Shown: positions 59,278 to 64,000 of the stretch, piece by piece
How the letters are laid out: each line of letters starts with the position of its first letter
How positions within the stretch are numbered: the stretch's first letter is position 1
Source: an uncultured Alphaproteobacteria bacterium
GTDB lineage: Bacteria; Pseudomonadota; Alphaproteobacteria; Rhizobiales; Beijerinckiaceae
Assembly (NCBI GenBank): GCA_963809985.1
Contig: CAWELW010000002.1
Location: 120,395 to 184,394, forward strand
Reading direction: 5' to 3'
DNA: 64,000 nt
Translations under genes and position numbers: made by a program
The notes under the pieces: model-generated
Told to the model about the DNA's origin: nothing
Database searches by the model: none
The model's input: the letters and a program-made list of their open reading frames with translations, nothing else

Positions 59278-60475
59278 ATTTGCGGATCAATCCTCCCGCA
59301 TATTCGAGACCCGCGTCCATCGCGCGCCGTGGCAGCGAGCCGATTTCGACATCTTTGGCAGTCTGCAACGGCATAGCGAGAATTTCAGTCGTTCCGCGAA
59401 AAATTTTCAATTGCGCCACCGTCCGCCCGGCTTCGACAGGCGCCTTGAGCGGTCCTTCATAGACGATCGCGCCGCTGAGCTTTTCGCCGGAGCCGCGCGG
59501 GACAAGCAATGTCACCGGTTTGGCAACGACGAGCGGGACATCTCCGCTCGCGCCGCCGAAGACTTTCGCCGCGCCGACGACATCGCCGGCCGAAAACAAA
59601 GTCTTCGGCTCGAAAGCACGAAAGCCCCATTGGAACAGGTGGCGCGCCTCATCGGCCCGCTCTTTGGCTGTCCTAGCTCCATAAAGCGCCAGAATGAGCC
59701 GCTGGCCGTTTTGAACGGCCGAAGCGACGATGCCGAAACTATTCGTCTCGATATTTCCCGTCTTCAGGCCGTCGGCGCCGAAGTCCATGGCGAGCAGCGG
59801 GTTGCGGTTCGGCTGTTTGATTTTGTTCCAGGTAAAGTCCTTCTGTGCGAAATAACGATAATAATCGGGATAAGTGCGGATCACATGCGAAGCGAGCAAG
59901 GCCATGTCGCGTGCCGTGACCTTCTGTTCGGGGTCGCCCTTGCCCCATGAATTGGTGAAGGTCGAATGGAGCAGGCCCAGTTCGCGGGCGCGCTGCGTCA
60001 TCCGAGTCGCGAACGCGCCCTCCGACCCCGCGAGACCCTCGGCAAGGACGATGGCGGCATCGTTGCCCGAGACGATGACGAGGCCGCGGATCAGGTCTTC
60101 GACCCGAATTCGGCTCCCGAGGGCGGCGAACATGGTCGAGCCATGCGCCAGCGCCCCGCCGTTGCGCCAAGCCGTCTCACTCACCGTGAATTCATCGTCG
60201 AGTTTGAGCTTGCCCTCAGCGAGCGCCTGAAACACGAGCTCGGCGGTCATCACCTTGACGGTCGAAGCCGGGGTGGCCGGCTCTTCGGCACCCTTTTCGA
60301 AGAGAACGCTTTGCGTTTCGGCGTCGAGCAGAATGGCTTGCGGTACCGGCGTCGCCATGGTCTCTGCGCGGCCGGAGAGCGGCGCCGTCGCGAGACAGGC
60401 GGCGAGAAGAACCGGCCTGAAGAATGAGAAGGCTGGCAAAAGTCTGGAATAATGGCCCAATCCCATCGAAATCAC
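59261..60475 (-). CDS. D-alanyl-D-alanine carboxypeptidase (PBP5/6, S11 family)
   Basis: Signal peptide present. SxxK (ASTVK), SxN (VSGND) and KTG (LKTGN) motifs. 404 aa. Confidence 0.92.
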   Translation of the reverse strand: MISMGLGHYSRLLPAFSFFRPVLLAACLATAPLSGRAETMATPVPQAILLDAETQSVLFEKGAEEPATPASTVKVMTAELVFQALAEGKLKLDDEFTVSETAWRNGGALAHGSTMFAALGSRIRVEDLIRGLVIVSGNDAAIVLAEGLAGSEGAFATRMTQRARELGLLHSTFTNSWGKGDPEQKVTARDMALLASHVIRTYPDYYRYFAQKDFTWNKIKQPNRNPLLAMDFGADGLKTGNIETNSFGIVASAVQNGQRLILALYGARTAKERADEARHLFQWGFRAFEPKTLFSAGDVVGAAKVFGGASGDVPLVVAKPVTLLVPRGSGEKLSGAIVYEGPLKAPVEAGRTVAQLKIFRGTTEILAMPLQTAKDVEIGSLPRRAMDAGLEYAGGLIRKYVWKK

Positions 60476-60783
60476 CGCCAGGGCTGCCCGAAAGAGCGTC
60501 TCCTCAGCTCACATTTTGCAACAACAACACGGGCTGCTGTCGGACAATGCGTTCAATCAAAGAAATAGACCGGCTTTCCGGTCGAGTCCAAGTAGTTTTG
60601 TTCAAGTCGGACTATGGCGAGCCTCGATTGGATGCTCCGATGCGCCGCGCCGCGCCAGTGCCGATTCACGCGACGACAAAAAATGCGTTATATTAGTATG
60701 TTGCCGCGCATATTTCATGTAATTTATAAACTATCGGATCGCAAAAATGGAAAGCGTCGATCAATTTTTTTCCGGGCCATGCG

Positions 60784-61632
60784 CTAACGTTGTGCGATCG
60801 GCACGCCGGCGCCCGGGATCGTGCCGAGATCAAAGGGCCGCGCCGGCGGAAGCGGGGCCGTCCCTGCGAAAGCTTGCCCCGGCAGTATCGCGGCTTCGTC
60901 ACGGGCCGGCGGCATGTTCGCCGTCTCAGCCGAGGCCGTCCGGAGCGGTGTCGCTGCCGCCAACAGGGTCGGCGGGTGCCCGCCATCGAATTTCGCCGGC
61001 GCGCCGTCAATTCGCAAGGTCGCAAGCAATTTGCGGTCGTCGGAGCCCGCAAGGTTCGCCGGCCCGACATATTCGACTTTGACCTTCGTCGTTCCCAGAT
61101 GGCGGAAATCGAGTGCATCGGCAGTCTGGCGCGACACATCCATGATGCGTCCGGCGGCAAACGGCCCGCGATCGTTGACGCGGACAATGATCGAATATTT
61201 ATTCCGCAAATTGGTTACCCGCGCATAGCTCGGCAACGGCATGGTCGGATGCGCCGCGGTAATCGCCGTCCGATCGAAGATTTCGCCATTGGCCGTCCGG
61301 CGGCCATGGAAGGCATCGCCGTACCAGGATGCATATCCGACGGCGGCGTAGCGCTTCTCGTCCGGATAATAGGTCTTGCCGGCGACCGTATAGGGCTTTC
61401 CGACGAGATAGGTGCCGCCGCCGTGCGGAACCGGGTCGTTTTCCGCGACCACCCGCGGGCTCGCGGGTCCGTAGGTGGAAGCCGGAAAATACTCCTTCGA
61501 CTGCGCCAAACGTTGCCCCGGCGGCTGGGCGCAGCCGGCAAGGTCGAGAGCGCAGGCTGCCAGCGCCGCGATGAACAAGGGACGCAGTGCTATCTGGCCG
61601 CCGAACCGAGGCGGGTTGCCGAATTTTGCCAT
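60784..61632 (-). CDS. rlpA: Septal ring lytic transglycosylase RlpA-family lipoprotein
   Basis: Lipobox LAGC. DPBB domain (GYASWYGDAFHGRRTANGEIFD...RVNDRGPF). Start is ATG 61632, 61671 or 61791. Confidence 0.88.
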   Translation of the reverse strand: MAKFGNPPRFGGQIALRPLFIAALAACALDLAGCAQPPGQRLAQSKEYFPASTYGPASPRVVAENDPVPHGGGTYLVGKPYTVAGKTYYPDEKRYAAVGYASWYGDAFHGRRTANGEIFDRTAITAAHPTMPLPSYARVTNLRNKYSIIVRVNDRGPFAAGRIMDVSRQTADALDFRHLGTTKVKVEYVGPANLAGSDDRKLLATLRIDGAPAKFDGGHPPTLLAAATPLRTASAETANMPPARDEAAILPGQAFAGTAPLPPARPFDLGTIPGAGVPIAQR

Positions 61633-62047
61633 CGCGTCTGCTGTGAAACGCGAGAAAACCGTCAACCGCATCCAAAAATCCCTCGTTTCCGCGTCTATGC
61701 CGGATTGCCTCCGAAGGGCTCGGGCTGCGCACGGGCGAGCATGGCCGAGGCCGGCGCACTTTCGCCTGCACCGGCCCATCAAAGAACCCAATCGACAAAC
61801 GTTAGCATGCGAGCGCTTGCCGAAGGTTTAAGATGCACCGCATTTGCCTGAGCGCAGCCGCGACATGATCGGCAGATTGAGACGAAATTGCGGCAAGCCG
61901 GGTGGGAATTTGCCATAGAGCCGGCTCGGGCATGTGTTGCCATGCTAACGGATGCTTCCCATCCGTTAGTTGAATTGCAAGACTGACTCTTCGATCTGGT
62001 GGGCCGACTTGTCCTTGCGCTTGGGTACCAGCGTGAGGGTCGGACGA

Positions 62048-63670
62048 TTAGGCCGCCGCGCGCCCCGCCCCGGCCACGGCGTGCGGCTTGAAGCCGAAAG
62101 TTGCGGCATCAGCGCAAGCCCAAAACTCGGCGTAACGGGGGTCCGCGGTGCCTTCCAGCAAGGAATAAGGCTGAAGCATCGGATAAATGCCGGCGAAACT
62201 GCGCACCTCGGTTTCGGAAATGCGGCGCATGATGTGTTCGGCCCGGAACTCGCGCGGATGATGGAGACCGGCGGCGCCGGTGAGTTCGGCGAGGGCTTCG
62301 AGCGTCGCCGCGTGAAAGCGCCTCACCCGTTCCGACTTGACCGGCACATCCACGGCTTTCTGGCGGACCGGGTCCTGAGTCGCGACGCCGGACGGACATT
62401 TGCCAGTATGGCATGACAGGGCTTGGACACAACCGAGCGAGAACATGAAGCCGCGCGCGACATTGCACCAGTCGGCGCCGAGCGCCAGCGTTCGCGCCAT
62501 GTCGAAAGCCGTGATGATGCGGCCGCTCGCGCCGATCTTGATCTTGTCGCGCAGGCCGGCGCCGACGAGGCAGTTGCGGGCGAACGTCAGGCCCTCGCGC
62601 ATGGGCGTGCCGATATGATCGACGAACTCCAGGGGCGCCGCGCCGGTGCCGCCTTCGGCGCCGTCGACCACGATGAAATCGGCAAAAATGCCGGTTTCGT
62701 TCATGGCTTTGCAAATCGCCATGAACTCATGCGGATGGCCGATGCACAATTTGAAGCCGATCGGCTTGCCCTGCGCCAGTTCGCGCAATTTGGCGATGAA
62801 GTGCATCATTTCGATCGGTGTCGAAAAGGCCGAGTGGCAGGCGGGAGAGATGCAATCGCGGCCGATCGGGACGCCGCGCGTGGCGGCGATTTCGGCCGTC
62901 ACTTTTGCGGCCGGCAATATGCCGCCATGACCGGGCTTGGCGCCTTGCGACAGTTTGATTTCGATCATCTTGACTTGCTCGAGCGCGGCGCGCTCGGCGA
63001 AAAGCGCGGCATCGAAGCCGCCGTCTTTGGTGCGGCAGCCGAAATAGCCGGAGCCGAGTTCCCAAATGATGTCGCCGCCATATTTGCGGTGATAGGGGCT
63101 GATCGACCCCTCCCCCGTATCATGCGCGAAGCCGCCCATTTTGGCGCCCTTGTTGAGCGCCGTGATCGCATTGGCGCTGAGCGCGCCGAAACTCATCGCC
63201 GAAATATTGAGAAGCGACGCCAAATAGGGCTTGCTGCATTGTGGGCCGCCGATTTCGACACGGAAATCCTGGTCTTCGACGTGCTTCGGGACGATCGAAT
63301 GACTCAGCCATTCGAATTCGGGCTGATAGACGTCCTGCAAAGTGCCGAAGGGACGCGAAGCGAGCTGATGTTTGGCGCGTTGATAGACGATCGCCCGTTT
63401 GTTGCGGTTATAGGGCTGCCCGTCGACGTCGCTCTCAAGGAAATACTGGCGGATTTCCGGGCGGATCTTTTCGAGCATGAATCGCAGGTTGGCGAGGATC
63501 GGATAATTGCGCTTGAGGCTATGCTGCCTTTGAACGATGTCGAGGATGCCGAGAATAGAAAGGCCGGCGCAGATAATGAAGAGCGCGACGAAGATCCAGC
63601 CGCCCCCTGCCATCGTCGCACCGAAGACTAGAGTGCCGATGAGGCTCAGGGCGAATGCAGCATAGCGCAT
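62048..63670 (-). CDS. FMN-binding glutamate synthase-family protein (GltS FMN-domain-like) with N-terminal TM helices
   Basis: 540 aa with an N-terminal hydrophobic segment. ...LSQGAKPGHGGILP...VVDGAEGGTGAAP...GASGRI... is typical of the GltB central domain family. Confidence 0.88.
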   Translation of the reverse strand: MRYAAFALSLIGTLVFGATMAGGGWIFVALFIICAGLSILGILDIVQRQHSLKRNYPILANLRFMLEKIRPEIRQYFLESDVDGQPYNRNKRAIVYQRAKHQLASRPFGTLQDVYQPEFEWLSHSIVPKHVEDQDFRVEIGGPQCSKPYLASLLNISAMSFGALSANAITALNKGAKMGGFAHDTGEGSISPYHRKYGGDIIWELGSGYFGCRTKDGGFDAALFAERAALEQVKMIEIKLSQGAKPGHGGILPAAKVTAEIAATRGVPIGRDCISPACHSAFSTPIEMMHFIAKLRELAQGKPIGFKLCIGHPHEFMAICKAMNETGIFADFIVVDGAEGGTGAAPLEFVDHIGTPMREGLTFARNCLVGAGLRDKIKIGASGRIITAFDMARTLALGADWCNVARGFMFSLGCVQALSCHTGKCPSGVATQDPVRQKAVDVPVKSERVRRFHAATLEALAELTGAAGLHHPREFRAEHIMRRISETEVRSFAGIYPMLQPYSLLEGTADPRYAEFWACADAATFGFKPHAVAGAGRAAA

Positions 63671-64000
63671 AGATCAACCTCCTGTGCTTGGGAACCAGGG
63701 CCGCGCGCGCCCGGAAAATGGCCCGATTTTTTTTGTCTTTTCAACTCCGGATAGGCCGGTGGCGAAGACAGGCTCCGAGCTTACAAGGGTTTGAGCCTGA
63801 TTCTACCCCATCCGACTAGGCTTTACCGGCAAATCCCGACAAATTGATTACAGGGTTGTGCTGCATTGTTTTGGCAATCGCCTCACTTAAACAATCCAGT
63901 CGAACGCCGGTCCACCCTTTCCGCATCGGAAGGCACGCACCCCGCCCCTTTGTGAACGTCTAATCTTCGGCTGCGCTGCCGCGATGGCCCCGCAACGCTG

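Noticed and set aside
63960-64000. A possible 3' end of a - strand gene running off the right edge (TAG complement at 63960-63962)
   Set aside because: Only about 13 codons are visible, which is too little to support any call.

Overview
High-GC alphaproteobacterial chromosome segment; gene order and protein sequences look Hyphomicrobiales/Rhizobiales-like. No rRNA, tRNA or CRISPR array is visible.

Bases 1-27.7 kb (+ strand) hold the conserved transcription/translation super-cluster:
- rpoB (5'-truncated at the window edge) and rpoC.
- str operon: rpsL-rpsG-fusA-tuf.
- S10 operon: rpsJ through rpsQ.
- spc operon: rplN through rplO, then secY-adk.
- alpha operon: rpsM-rpsK-rpoA-rplQ, with no rpsD, rpmJ or infA, as usual for alphaproteobacteria.

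Housekeeping genes after that: a DegP/HtrA protease, rarA, an RluA-family pseudouridine synthase, a PsiF-repeat secreted protein, ppc, an ATP12 chaperone, tatABC, serS, surE-pcm-nlpD-like, mazG, and a two-domain cold-shock protein. On the - strand sits the cluster rlpA-dacC-tmk-holB-metG-tatD-MBL hydrolase, followed by a GltS-like FMN protein.

Accessory or unusual content:
1. An intact IS1595-family transposon (51486-54059). It has 21/23-matching terminal inverted repeats and an 8-bp target duplication. It carries a tightly coupled three-gene cargo operon (177, 254 and 57 aa) of unknown function. This is the best candidate for an undescribed system.
2. Two tandem paralogous small ParA-like ATPases (219 aa each, about 64% identical) with no ParB-like partner, sitting between degP and rarA.
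3. An IS630-family element inserted at a TA exactly at the pcm stop codon.
4. A Pif1-family helicase with a C-terminal WYL-like domain, divergent from an orphan ribbon-helix-helix antitoxin-like gene.
5. Two housekeeping genes, rplP (essential) and ppc, each carrying one extra nucleotide as sequenced. These are most likely indel errors.
6. Several structural oddities: an 18-bp perfect hairpin inside the spc operon, an Ala/Lys/Pro-rich extension on L5, a 22-bp tandem duplication, and unusually long operon spacers.
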